NCBI RefSeq assembly: GCF_006345805.1
Contig: NC_043002.1
Coordinates: 82,832,001-82,896,000 of the forward strand
DNA: 64,000 nt
Direction of reading: 5' to 3'
Source: Octopus sinensis
Lineage: Eukaryota
The position numbers and the translations under genes are program-made. Positions within the stretch are counted from its first letter, which is position 1, and every line of letters starts with the position of its first letter. Of this stretch, positions 36,230-49,387 are shown piece after piece. The notes beneath the pieces were generated by a model. That model saw only the letters and a program-made list of their open reading frames with translations, searched no databases and was not told the DNA's origin.

Positions 36230-39200
36230 TATGTTCTATAGGTTCACTCATTTGTTCTATCTCTTATAAACTTCAATCAACAGGTTCATATTAAGAGATA
36301 TCCCATCTGTGACCGTCCCGTCTTACTGTTGGGTATCTAGGACTGCATTAGCCAAAGACAGCTACTGTTTCTAGCTAATCGACCGACCACATTGGCTATT
36401 GTTGGCGATAAAACAAAACTCAGGAAATCGAAAAACATTGAGGGGAAAACAAGTAGTGTGGTAGGGGTCAAGAAATGGTTATTTTTTCCCTAGAAATCTT
36501 GTAATGTATGTTATCTCTTTAGTCAAACAGTGGTGGTTGTGATTCTCGTTAATTAACAAAAATAAACTTCTAAATTAATAACTATTGCGCACACTAGTTG
36601 AGAATATTCGTTCTGTCAAAATTTAAAGTTTATAAAACTCAATTGACATTATTTTGGTTTGTGATCAAATTGAAAGTGGAAATATTGATATTATTCGGCA
36701 ACATCTAGGCGGACGTATCGAATTGGCAAGTATCCTATTTTTTTCTTCTCTAGAAGTTTCTTCAGCTACCCATGTTTTCAACAACGGATATTACAATTTT
36801 GTCGGAAAAGCTGCTTTTCAAATTTAAAAAATTTTTACCCCTATTTTTTTTCTGTTTTATTTTTAACCATCTCTTGACAGTTTTGGGTTTTTTTTCAAAA
36901 ATGGGCTATAGTTTGGCGGGCGAAGGTAAAGAATACGCACACTCGGTGTTTAGGGCTAGGGTTAGGCCGGTAACGAGTGGTGTACGTATTCTTACGTCAG
37001 CAGTTCGGGGTGGTGGTGAACCTAAAAACGAAAAGAAATATTCCTGCTTTCAATTTGTGTTCATAAATCGAAAGAATCTTACCTTTTTTCGTTATAAAAT
37101 GGGTACCAATATGTATCGCGATTCCATCATTTGCCGTTTTTTGAAAGTGTGATTAGTTTTCTGGTCCCATATTTATCAGTTATTTATTACTGTTTTAGAT
37201 ATTACATATTATTTAAATATAAATTTAAGCGGTATTTAATATTGAAGATTAAAAAAGTAAAAGAAAATTGTTTATTCGGCACTGCTGTATACGGCGACAG
37301 CATTTTAAATCCGTATTTCAGATTGATGTCTCTTTTTCTCTAGGTAAATACTTTTTAATTTAATCTTTAATATTCAGTATTATTTAAGATATTAACGAAA
37401 GACCAACAAAGTTATAATCATACCTTGAAGAAAATATTCAATAGTGAAAGTAAAATAAATGATCTGGAGTGTGTACTGTGTACAGTTTGAGAGAGGTCCT
37501 TAAACACATTAAGTGTTGGACATAAGTATCTCGAAAGGCTAACTGTGGCAATTAACGTGCTCCGTTTAAGTATTTTGTCTTACCTGCCCATAAAATGTTG
37601 TACTATATCTTTTTATTCAACTCTACATTTATGAATATAACTTTTCTTTAGAATTAATGTCTCCACTGCCGGGTCGTTTATAGGAATAGGATTACTTAAG
37701 TTTATTTGGAAATAATTTTGTAGTTCTTCAAATAAATTTCTTATTTAGTAGGCTTGTATTTTCTAGTTTTTTTCTTTCCTGAATTTTACTTCCTCCTACA
37801 TTTATTGACATGCACTTGTTGAAAATGTTTCACATGACAATCTGATGGAAAAAGAGAGGACTGTATTGAAATATATGGAGATCCAAATATATAGTCTTAG
37901 ATAAACAATGCCTGACAAAAAAAATAAATAAATAAATAAAACAAGTTGAGCATGGTTGGAACTCTATTATAGGTCAGCTGGATCAGGGTTGATCTGATGT
38001 TACACAATGCCACTTACTACACACGTCTCTCCTATTTACTTTCAACTGCCCTCCAGATCCTCAAACGAAATACTTTTCTGAAATGATATCTCTTTGGAAT
38101 TTCTGTCTTTTCTCAAGTTGCTAGGATTTAAATTGACTAATGATGGGACTGACTTTCACCTCTTTTGTCCTTATTCTTCAGGTGTTTACCATATCACTAA
38201 TTAATTCACAGAAAAAGTGTAATTAACATTGTAGACCACCCTTCCTTTTTAAAATTTTATCATACATTTCAAACTTGAGTTACTTTAATAAGAACCAATA
38301 AAGCTTAGTGTGAGCCCTTGGTTTGCGGAACACTTGTTATTTTGCATTAGGTATAGGATTAATTGCGTTTAACAATTTTAGCTGATATTTCTACATGGTT
38401 CACTGTATTATGGGTTACCAAATAAATATTTGTACAGTTAAAGGAATAATTTAAATTATGATTAACTATTGTATCAGTTATTTCCCCCAAAGCTCGAAAA
38501 GTGTAGTTCGTTCTATTTCTCTTCATTTCCACTGTTTCAGCTATTTCTTACTTGACTGAATATTTCTAACTTCTGGTCTGCTCTGATCCAGCAGAACTAT
38601 ATCCAAAAGTGTTCCAGTCGTGACTATCCTGTTTTTTAAAAATTGTATTGAATTACATTATTCAATGTGACCCTTCCTTTTTTTTTTTGTTTTTTTTTTT
38701 GCCCATTTAAGACAGTACTATTTCTAGCTAGTCGTGCGGCTTCGTAGAAGCTCCATCGCATTTATACTTTCGTTATTTCGAAGCCTAATATCGTAGTTCG
38801 ATTAGCGACTATTGATTTGTATCTATTGATAGATCAAGTAAAAATAAGCAGATGAAAAAAATTTAAAAATACGTTTACGCGGTTCAACTGATATTACTAG
38901 GTTAATGAATTCAGCACTGAAACTTCTAGATATATTTAATCGTAGAATTTCTTCTCTCAGTGTCATATACATCTTTCAAATTAGAAAGAGAAAAAAATGT
39001 GAAGTTGTGACGTTTATTCATTTTTTTTTCTTATCAGTGAAAAAGAAACTACAACTCAAAATTGAAACGAAATTAATCAAAAGACGTGATATAGATAATT
39101 TTTGTGGTTTACGTTTGTCCACGTTTGTTAATATTTCTCTATAAGATTTTTTTTTATCTGTATTTAAACGATGTGGTATTTCATGAAAGAAAGGACAACG

Positions 39201-41184
39201 ATGGATTTATATTTTTATTTCAACTTAACTGCGGAATTGAAAACAAAACATATAAAATCATGCCATGCTAGATGGAGATTCTGTAGTTCGAAATAGCATC
39301 AGCTAAATCCCTCAAATCACATTTTTTATTTTAAGAGAGGGACCATTGGATTATGTAACTATAGATATCCCTAAATAGTTGTGCCGCAATTCCTTTGGTC
39401 GTAAGTCTACTCTGTGTTAACCTGTGATTAAAAAAGCTGCCTGTATGACAGCAAGGGAAGACTTACCTTGTTGAACGAATAAGCATTGTACTTGTTAATC
39501 TTTTTTACCTAGCAAATATCTATTTCTTTTTTTTATTCGTATTGTAAAAATTCTAAACCAGGTCCCTTGTTTATTGGCATATTTTACCCATTGGAATAAT
39601 TTTAAATTTTCACTATTAACATATAGGAGAGATGTGAAATTTATTCTCCCACCCCATCACTCTAAACCATTTACGCAATTGCTTGCTTCTTTCTCCAAAT
39701 CATGTTTTCAGTGCTACTGACTCTGATTACGTGTTTTTTTCTGAAGTGCTAGTAATAGCTGCAGAATCTTCTGATAGTGCACCATATCTTGAGAGAAAGA
39801 GAAAAACAGTTCAATGTTAAAAAAATAAAAAGCAGGTTGGTCATGATGGGGTCTGCTTGATCAACTCTCACTTTGAGCTGAACAACAAATACGATGAAAA
39901 TTTGGAGAAATTTCATAGAAAATCTAAGAATTATTTCCAAATAATTTATTGAAATATATTTAATTTAAAAAAAAAAACGTAATTTTTTTTTAATGTTTAA
40001 ACAGCATTGGTAGGGTTTGTTTCTATTTTAGTGACACGTCGAAATGATTAAAAAGTGAAGCTGAAATACGTACCTTTTATTTTTTATACGCTGCACTTAG
40101 TTTGTGTATACTCGTTTCTACGAAGACATATACTTTAAATTTTACTGTCTTTAATAATTCAATCTGAAATAACTCAAAAGCGTTCTAGCCATGGCTATCC
40201 AGTCAATTCATAGGTCTTTCTGTTATTTCCTATTATTATAAGACATAACGAACCTGTTCTTATAGTAGTGCATAAACATAAGTACACTTAATTTTTAATT
40301 TGGTTTCTCATTTTTATTTCTGGAGCGTTTCGAAGTGTTACTAAAATAAGAAACAACCCATTAACAATTCTTACGTTATTATACTAATGTCTCTAGCATG
40401 GGCTTAATTACTATTATGCTTTACGACATTAGCATAATCGTTATTGATGATTAAGCTTATTAACAAATGCCATTTTAGTCAGATTGCTCTCAGTTCTATG
40501 GTAGCCTAGGATTTTGCATGTCTAAGCCATCCATCTTCAAAGGAGAAAAAAAAAATTAATTGTAATTAACTGGAATAGCAAATTCTTTCTTCGTTTAATA
40601 GCTATATAAACACTTGTCATGGGAGGCTATAAACTACATTTTGTTTTTTAGCCTCTGGTCAGCTCTGAAGCAGCTCTTTGATCAAAGGTATTCCAGCCAT
40701 AACCATCCCATCCCCTCAGCCAAGTGCAGTGTATCTAGGACTATGTTACCCAATGCCTTCTCCACTTCAGCCAGTAGTTTTAAAGAGAGATTCAGATAGA
40801 ATTTCTTGCAGATAAGCGACCATATACAACTGATGACAAAGCATGGCTGTGTGGTAAGAATAGGCACAGGCGTGGCTGTGTGGTAAGACGGGTTCAGTCC
40901 CCCTGCATGGCACCATGTGGTAAGAAGCTTGCTTCCCAGCCACATGGTTCCGGGTTCAGACCCACTGCGTGGCACCTTGGGCAAGTGTCTTCTATAGCCT
41001 TTGGTTTCTTGTTTTTATTTCTGGAACGTTTCAAAGTATTTCTAAAATAGGTATCAACCCAGGCTGACCGAAACCTTGTGAGTGGATTTGGTAGATGGGT
41101 GCGGAAAGAAGCCCGTTGTGTGTGTGTATATATATATATATATATGTGTGTTTTGAATTAATCATGCATTATTTCATGTGTTGC

Positions 41185-41490
41185 TGTTGTTTGTTCCTTC
41201 TTGAGCCATTCCTGGCTCATAAGGGCTGGTTTTCTGACTTCATTGGTGTATAGGTTCCTCACCTGGATGGGAGACACCAGTCTGTTGCAGGTGAGCTGCT
41301 AGATGCAGGAGGAAAGAGTGAAGGAAAGTTGTGATGAAAGTCAGTAGAAGTTCGCTGTTACCTTCTGCCGGAGCTGTGTGGAACTTTGATGTTTTGCTCA
41401 TAAATACACACATTGCTCAGTATGAGATTCTAACCCACAATCCCTTGACTGTGAGTCTGCTGCTCTAACCACTAGGCCATGTGCCTCCAT
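41185..41490 (-). mobile_element. tRNA-derived SINE family C
   Basis: Minus-strand head tggaggcacatggcctagtggttagagcagcagactc. Related copies lie at 21860-22090, 44525-44650 and 52295-52565. Confidence 0.75.
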
Positions 41491-44400
41491 GTGTTATAGC
41501 TTAGATTTTTTTTTTTTTTTCAGTGGCACGATTGTTATTTTTAGAATAACTTAGGGTAGACATGAGACTTGTTCTGGCCAGTATGTTTGACTGGTTTAAA
41601 TACTAAAGGGTTAAACCAGGCAGTTGATTAAGCCTGTCACCTAATTAATCCATAGTGGGATTTGAAGTTAGAAGACAGGGATCCAGAACAAATATCACAA
41701 GGCATTCAATTGAACATTCTTACATTCCTATTAATCCATTGTTTTAATTAGTACTTTTTATTAACTCTGAAAGGATCATAGGTAAAGTTAACACAGGCAG
41801 AATTTGAACTCTGAATGCAGAGTTGGAACAGATACCATATTGCACTTCATCTAATACATTAATGACTCTGCAAAGTCTTGCTGTACACATTTGAACCCTT
41901 TATTACATCCACTAGGGTAGATCAGCATTCTGTTGTCCATAGCAGGAATGTCTCTGGTATGAGTGTTACCAAACAGACGCTTCGAGTAGGCCAGAGGCTT
42001 CAATGGTTGAGACATTATGACTATATCAACAATGATAATGGACACTCGTCCTAACATATCCGTGCATAACCATTAAAGAAAATTACAGTTTTGTTTCAAG
42101 AGGTCATTGCTGTGGTTACAGATAAATCTGCAATCAAATGTAATGAGACAATTGTTTTGTTTTCTGCCTGTTTTGTTTGTTATATTTTTGTTGTTACAAG
42201 TCAAACTAATCAATAACTGCATGTCTGCTTTGACAGTTCTTTCAGCATTAGTTTGATGAAGGTCTTAGTTTTGGATCTTGTCCAAGTCATGTCACTAGTT
42301 TTCCACTGTCTATTTTCTTGTTTCTATTGAAGTCACAAGACTATTGATAGCATGTGTATTTTGTGATGCATTCATTTAATTGACTCAGATTGTAACTTGA
42401 TTTGATTCTATTTTATGATACCACCCTTTGTCAATATACTCTCATTACACTTTAGTTTGTTGTGTGAGTTGGCTCTGTTCACTGAATACATATGGTTATT
42501 TAAGATGTTTCCTTTATATTTCTGGGAAACTACTTCAAGCACACTAGGTCCTCAGGATTATCTAATAGTATATCTAACCAGCATTGTCCATTCAAATTGT
42601 TATCTCTCCTGTACACTTCAGCCACTCCCTTACTGCTAATTTCTATCTAATCTTCATACAATCTCTCTACAATTAGTGCCCATTTCTGAGTAATATGTAG
42701 TAGTAACACTTGTTTCGTAGTCTTTCATGTAAAGAACCCTTTCTTACTAATAAATTTCTTCAACTCCTTTCCAACTCTGTCTCCTGCAACTAACACCACA
42801 ACCATTTCCAACATGAATTATTTTATTTTTAACAAAGGTGTTGCTTATAACTATCCACTTATATTCTCGTACAAGGATGTGGAGTTAATTGGCTTACAAT
42901 GGTTAATAGGAATTTCAAAATATAATGAATGTTCAGACATAAGTGATATATGATGGAAATGTCTCTTTGCCCATATGAAAATGTCTTGGTTTATAAACTG
43001 AAATCTCAGAGGAGTGCCTTTAACTCTTTTGATACTAGCCTTGGTTCTTTCTATGATACCTACTTCCTGTTTTTAAATGATTAAAACTTACCATTCATGT
43101 TAACTATGTTCCAAACATCAGCTTAACAATGTCAGAAGGATTTTACTAAATTCATTGTTTTCTAAATTATGTCATTTGGAAGAGTATCCAGTCATAGAAA
43201 CCATACCAAAAATGTAACATACTACCCTACATATGTACATACATTATATGTATATATATATATATAATGTGTGTGTGTGTGTGTGTGTGTTTGTTTGGGT
43301 TTGTCCTCTACACTGTTTGACAACTGGTGTTGGTTTGAAACAAGACAGATCACTCTTTAGTCATTCCTTTGGAATAACCAGTATTGACTTCCTTCCCACT
43401 CTTATTCTGTGTATGGTTATGACCAGCTACATTGCATCTGGTAGAGTTCTGTAGTCTTTCTTGCTGTCTCAGATTTCATTTTTCCATGGTTTACTTTTAG
43501 ACCCCCTTTTATTTTATTCTATATTTAGAAAATTTTCTCTAATTCTTTGACTTACTTGGGTTTGAGAACTAGGTCATTAAAATCTTTGAGTTCTCTTGGA
43601 CAGCTTAGTTTTTGAACTCCATATCAAGAAACAAATCTTGGACACCTTCCTGCATGCTACATTCATTGCTGTCACCTTGCAGACATCACTCCTCTTTGCA
43701 TAGGCTTGTATGGCCCTCATAAACTATTCAATTCTTGTACGTTTAATTTTCTTAGTGACCAACCAGTGACATTTTGTGCTACCCAGTCAAAGGCCTTCTC
43801 CAGGTCAACAAATGCTTGGTCTGCTAACTGCTACCGAGACACCTGCAGATGTTTTACAGCAGGAAGACAATTAATATCTACATTACTCTATTGTAGGTCT
43901 ATTGTATGTATCTTAATTGATATTTACATTGTACAATAGTAAATAAAGTACATATCAGGTCTAATGTTTACTGTCTCTCTCTTTCAGTATTAAAGTGTTC
44001 TGTATATACTGGTAGAAAAGTGTAGTATCTGTGGATTTAAAATTAATACCTAAATCAATAAATCCATACAATGGTTTCTGGGTGGGTATTAATCTGAGTT
44101 GATTTGCTGAGTCTCTCTCTCTCTGAATGTAAAGCAAAGATGATATTGATGGTTCACTTTAACTTAGACGCTGTGCTAAGTTACCAATTCCAATTTTGTT
44201 AAACTGCTACGGTTTCCATTAATAATTCTTTGTCTGACCTACATTTAGACTCAGACCATCCACTCTTTTCTGACCTATGAGACCTGGGTCTGAGTTATCT
44301 GGTATGTTCGCTTGTTTTTATATGGTTAAGTAGTGAGTCAGCAACTGCATAAATTTCCTTGTCAGCTTGACTTCACTGTTTTTTTTTCTCTCTAATGTGG

Positions 44401-45722
44401 CCACCACCAAAATGTACAAGCATGCAGAAACAGACAAGATAGTGGGAAGGAAGGAAAGCAACATGCCCTGGTTGCAACACTGTACCACATGTAATCAACC
44501 ACTACCAGTTTAAATATGCGATCCGGTGAAGGTGCATAGCCTAGTGGTTAGTGTTGTGCTTACGATCATGGCATTGCAGGTTCGATTCTTGGACCTGGTG
44601 ATGTGCTGTGTCCTTGATTTCACATTATTCCAGTCTACTCAGCTGAAAATAGCAATCAGGTAAGTGTTGGTGCAGCTCTCTCTCCTTTCAGCTCTCACAT
44701 CTTCAATGTTCCATTAGGTCAAAGGTGGGTTGGGTTGGGGGTGGAGGGCGAATGATGTCTGCTTGTGACTACATTTGTACTTTCGTTACTGTATTTATTT
44801 TGAGATGCTTTGTGTTTCTTTCAATTACTTTAAATATAACAAAAAATTTAGTAAAATAACTTAGTTATCATTAAGATAGTGTTAGGAACATAACTTGTGA
44901 CTAAGGGTTGGTAGAAGATATTTATTCAAAACTTATGGAAACAAGACATTTGTACTACAGAGCCAGAGGCGGTTTCAGCCGGGTTTGTAATGAAAGGGTT
45001 AAACAATTAGCGAAAGTATGTTATATTCTTTTCTATTCTAGACACAAGGCCTGAAATTTTGGGTGAGGAGGTCAGTCAGTTAGATTGACCCCAGTACACA
45101 AATGGTACTTAATTTATCGACCCTGAAAAGATGAAAAGCAAAGTCAACATCAGCAGGAACGAAAGTATGGTATATACTACCAAGTCGTATTTGTTTGGAA
45201 GTGATAGATATGGCATAAGCAAAGCTATAGATCTAGATTGTACCTATATACACATCTGTCTACTTAGAAGTCAGTCAAGACTGACTGGGGGCTAACAGTA
45301 ACAATCACCAATTCCAACACTATTTTGTCACTGCAGAAAATTGCTGAATGCACTTGGATTAACCTTCACTCGGATACTAGCATAAAACTATGATATGGGT
45401 TTATTAGTGTAGCTTGAGGTCTTGTGAATGAAATTGGTTGACGGAAACTGTTGGAAGCCTGTTGTGTGTGCAAATGTTGACATCCTTTGCTTTTGCTTGA
45501 ATGAAATGGTGATATATTTACATACCTTGCTGACATGATAGCCTATCCCGCTGCACTTTTGAAGATCTGTGAAATAAGAAATTCCTTGAAACAGATAAGG
45601 GTTGATGACATGTAGAGCATCCAGCTGTACAATTCTGCTTCATGTACATCATCTAACCCATGCTAACATGGAAAAATGGACATTAAATGAATGAATAAAT
45701 GAACTGCTTTTAAATATATATA

Positions 45723-45970
45723 TTGGGTTGGTGCTTAATTATTGCGGCTTTTTTCAACAAATTTTATTCAACAAAAACAATAACAATATTTAACAAAACA
45801 TCCTTAAATGACGGTCTGACCGTCTGCCAAGCAAGTGGGAAGCAGTAATTGAAGTAGATGGTGAATATGCTCCGGAATAATCATTTAAAGATGTTTTTGT
45901 TACATGTTGTTATTGTTTTTGTTGAGCAAAATTTGTTGAAAAGAGCCGTAATAATTATGCACCAACCCAA
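45723..45970 (+). mobile_element. Mariner-derived MITE with TA target duplication
   Basis: TA|ttgggttggtgc...gcaccaacccaa|TA with ~88-bp inverted arms. The core encodes DRLPSKWEAVIEVDGEYAPE*, a mariner transposase C-terminus. Confidence 0.92.
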
Positions 45971-46640
45971 TATATATATTTACACACAATATATGTTTAT
46001 AAACATACAGTCTCTGTGTGGCACCTTGGGCAAGTGTCTTCTACTATAGTCTCAGGCTGACTGAAGACTTGTGACCAAAGCCTTGTGAATGGATTTGGTA
46101 GACAGAAACTGAAAGAAGCCCATCATGTATGTATATATTTATGTGTCTGTGTTTGTCTCTCCCCCTCCATCACTTGACAACTGATGTTGGTGTGCTTACA
46201 TCCTTGTAACTTTGTGGTTTGGCAAAAGAGATTGATAGAATAGGTACTAGGTTTACAAAGAATAAGTTCTGGAGTTGATTTCTTTGATTAAAATAACCCT
46301 TAAAAGTGGTGCTCTAGCACGGCCAGTCACATGACTGAAACAAGTAGGGAAATAAAAGAATACACACACACATACGTATATCGGTTTCCTTGTATGTCTC
46401 CTCTGTCATATTTTTGTTCTTAACTTTGACCCACTGTAAATCCTAAATCTTATTTTAGAATTTATGGGAGCAACTGTCTTTGAAGACTCATTGTCGTTGA
46501 GTGCTCATAATGAGTAGTAGATAGACAGCCAACAACTGATGAAGCGTCCTTTCTCTGTCTCTACTTGTCCTGTTTTCCATTTTCTCGTTGTTTGTGTGTT
46601 TCATGTTATTTGCACCATTGGTGACATCCTGTACCCATAC

Positions 46641-46702
<62 letters not shown>

Positions 46703-46764
46703 GCCTACACACATACTTTTGAGTTTGTAGAGGAAAAGCATTTCCCATAATGTGTTCAGTCTTT

Positions 46765-46995
46765 AGGCGGCGAGCTTGCAGAAACGTTAGCAGGCCGGGC
46801 GAAATGCATAGCGGTATTTCGTCTGTCGTTACGTTGTGAGTTCAAATTCCGCCGAGGTCGACTTTGCCTTTCATCCTTTTGGGGTCGATAAATAAAGTAC
46901 TAGTTACGCACTGGAGTTGATATAATCGACTTAAACCCTTTGTCTGTCCTTGTTTGTCCCCTCTATGTTTAGCCCCTTGTGGCCAATAAAGAAAT
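46765..46995 (+). mobile_element. tRNA-derived SINE family B
   Basis: Head ggcggcgagcttgcagaaacgttag, B-box gagttcaaattcc, core gaggtcgactttgcctttcatcc. Other copies lie at 24130-24305, 28426-28580, 33460-33590, 50620-50806 and 55125-55330. Confidence 0.88.
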
Positions 46996-47422
46996 ATATT
47001 AGAATGGATTGAAGAGATATATGAATGTAGTTAGTGTTATGTTCAATCTGGATTCAGGCTGGTAAGTGATTGGAGGATGACTATACAGATAAGGTTTTTT
47101 TTAATTTTTTCAATGAGAAAGCATTCTAGTGGGGGAAAATGCACTTACAGGTGATATACAGTTGATTATGAATAAGCTGGTGCAATGAAGAAACAAAAGT
47201 GCATAGTCCAGTGAGTGTCAGTAGGCCAGAGCAGATCATAACTTTACAGATAAGAAATAATGAGCAGAGGTATACCGGAGACAGTTTTATTTTAGTTCTT
47301 TTTAGTATTCATTATGTATGTATGTGGGTATGTATGTATACATACATGTATATATATATACACACACAGACATATTTATAACTCATTTGCTTCTCTTGGG
47401 TCATTGTCTAGCATCTCATTAA

Positions 47423-47782
47423 CCCCACTTAGCATTCAGATTACTCTATCAAAATAACCATGTGTTATCTTGTGGCTTCAAGTTTTCAATGATGCGATAG
47501 TAATCTTTAGAATGACATTGTTGGGTGGGTTGAGAAACTGGATCTGGCTGGTTTGTGCATAAAACAAATAAAATATTTGGGCTGGATATGGCTGTTTTAA
47601 ATGCTAAAGGGTTAAACAGGCCATATTCAGCCCAAATATTCTACTTGTTTTGTATTCAAATTGATCAGATCCACCCTCTCACACCTATCCTACATCATGA
47701 AGATTTTGAAGCTATGATATAATGCATAATTAATTCAAAAACTAAGCATTACATTTGACAAAGTAATCTGAATGCTAACGGG
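47423..47782. mobile_element. Two piggyBac-like MITE copies in opposite orientation
   Basis: TTAA|ccc...ttagcatt ... aatgctaaaggg|TTAA at 47423-47611, followed by an inverted partial copy ending aatgctaacggg|TTAA. Confidence 0.65.
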
Positions 47783-49387
47783 TTAAAATATGATTGAGCT
47801 ATTATCTATTAAAAAAAAAAAGTAATTAAATGGTTCAATTCTTAGATTTATTTCATCAGTTTTGCTGTTTATTTTATGTTATTTTATCTGAGTGGTTAAG
47901 AAGTTAGCTTTTCATACATCTGGTCTCAAGTTCAATGTCAATGTAGATATCTTGGGCAAGCGTCCTTTATAACCTTAGGCAAACCAATACCTCGTGAGTG
48001 AAATTAGTAGCCACAAACTGTAGAAGCCTCTCATAAATGTGTTTGTATGTTTATCTGTACTTGTCTTTGTGTTAGCATCACTTGAAAAAAGCACCTTATG
48101 TGTTTCTGTCCCTTAACTTAGCAGTGTGCCAAAAGGAGTTCACTAAAATAAGTACTGGAGTCAATATGACTGACTAAAAGTCCTTCAAGCTGGTATTCCA
48201 TTATGGCTGCAATCCAATGACTGCAGCCAGTATAAGCACTTGTGTTAGTCAAAAGAGGTGGAATCAGTACCCATCTATTATGTAGACCATCCATGACTGT
48301 TGAGATGGATGCAGATTTGTTGAGTTGTACTATTTGTAGGCCAGCATTTCAAAAGCAAAAAAAAAAAAAAGTAACCCTCCCCTCCCCAAATAAAAATCTT
48401 GGGTTGGTTGAGCATTCCAGAAAGTTGCAGGAGTGTTTATCTAGCTAAAAAACTAGTCTTGAGTAGAACAGGCCGTTGGTAGAATCAGTAGAAAAGTCAT
48501 GGAGAAGAAACAGTGCATCTGTGGCAGGCATATGGTTGTAGTAATGTGTTGGTGTGTGAATTACATCAGCCAATCTTATCTTAAACTATAACTACAATAA
48601 CAACAACAACATGCAGTGTCTGAAATTATAGATCCGTTTCATATGTCAAAAAAAAAAAAAGCCAGAGTGGGGGTGGATTTCAGTTTACAACAGGCTTCCT
48701 ACCCAACCAATGCTTTTAACTGCTTTATTCTTATTTTCCTTTCTATTATGTTTGGCAAACTTAAGTATAAATATTTATTTAGAATAGTCATTTTCTGAAA
48801 CTACATAGTTTGTCAGTGTATTATTTTCTATACTTTGTGGAGGTGGTGGTGAAAATTGAATTTAAAAAAAAATTTTTTTATTAATATTTGACTTTCTTGT
48901 TCGCTTAGTTAGTTTTGCCACTTTTTATTTTCTTTTTCTTTGTGTGTGTGAAAATTCTGTCGATTTCAAGAATGGGAATCAATAAGTTATTGATCTCTTT
49001 TGTTGACAGCAAATCAAATAAATTTTCGTGAAGAAGCCATAACGAGTTGGTATATTTTTATATCTTTTACTTGTTTCACTCCTTTAATTATGGCCATTCT
49101 AGAGTACTCCTTGAATTTTAGTTGAATGAATTGACTCCAGTACTTGAATTTTTTTTTTAAGGCTGGTACTTATTCTATTGGTCTCTTTTGCTGAACTGCT
49201 AAGTTATGGGAGCACACACACAATCAGGCTTTTTTCAGTTTCTGTCTACCAAATCTGCTCATAAGGCTTTGGTCAGCTTGTGACTATTGTAGAAAACACT
49301 TACCCAAGGTCCATGCAGGCTAGGAAGCAAACTTCTTACCACACAGCCATTCCTAATTCCAAGTTTTTTTCTTAAATAAAATTTCCC

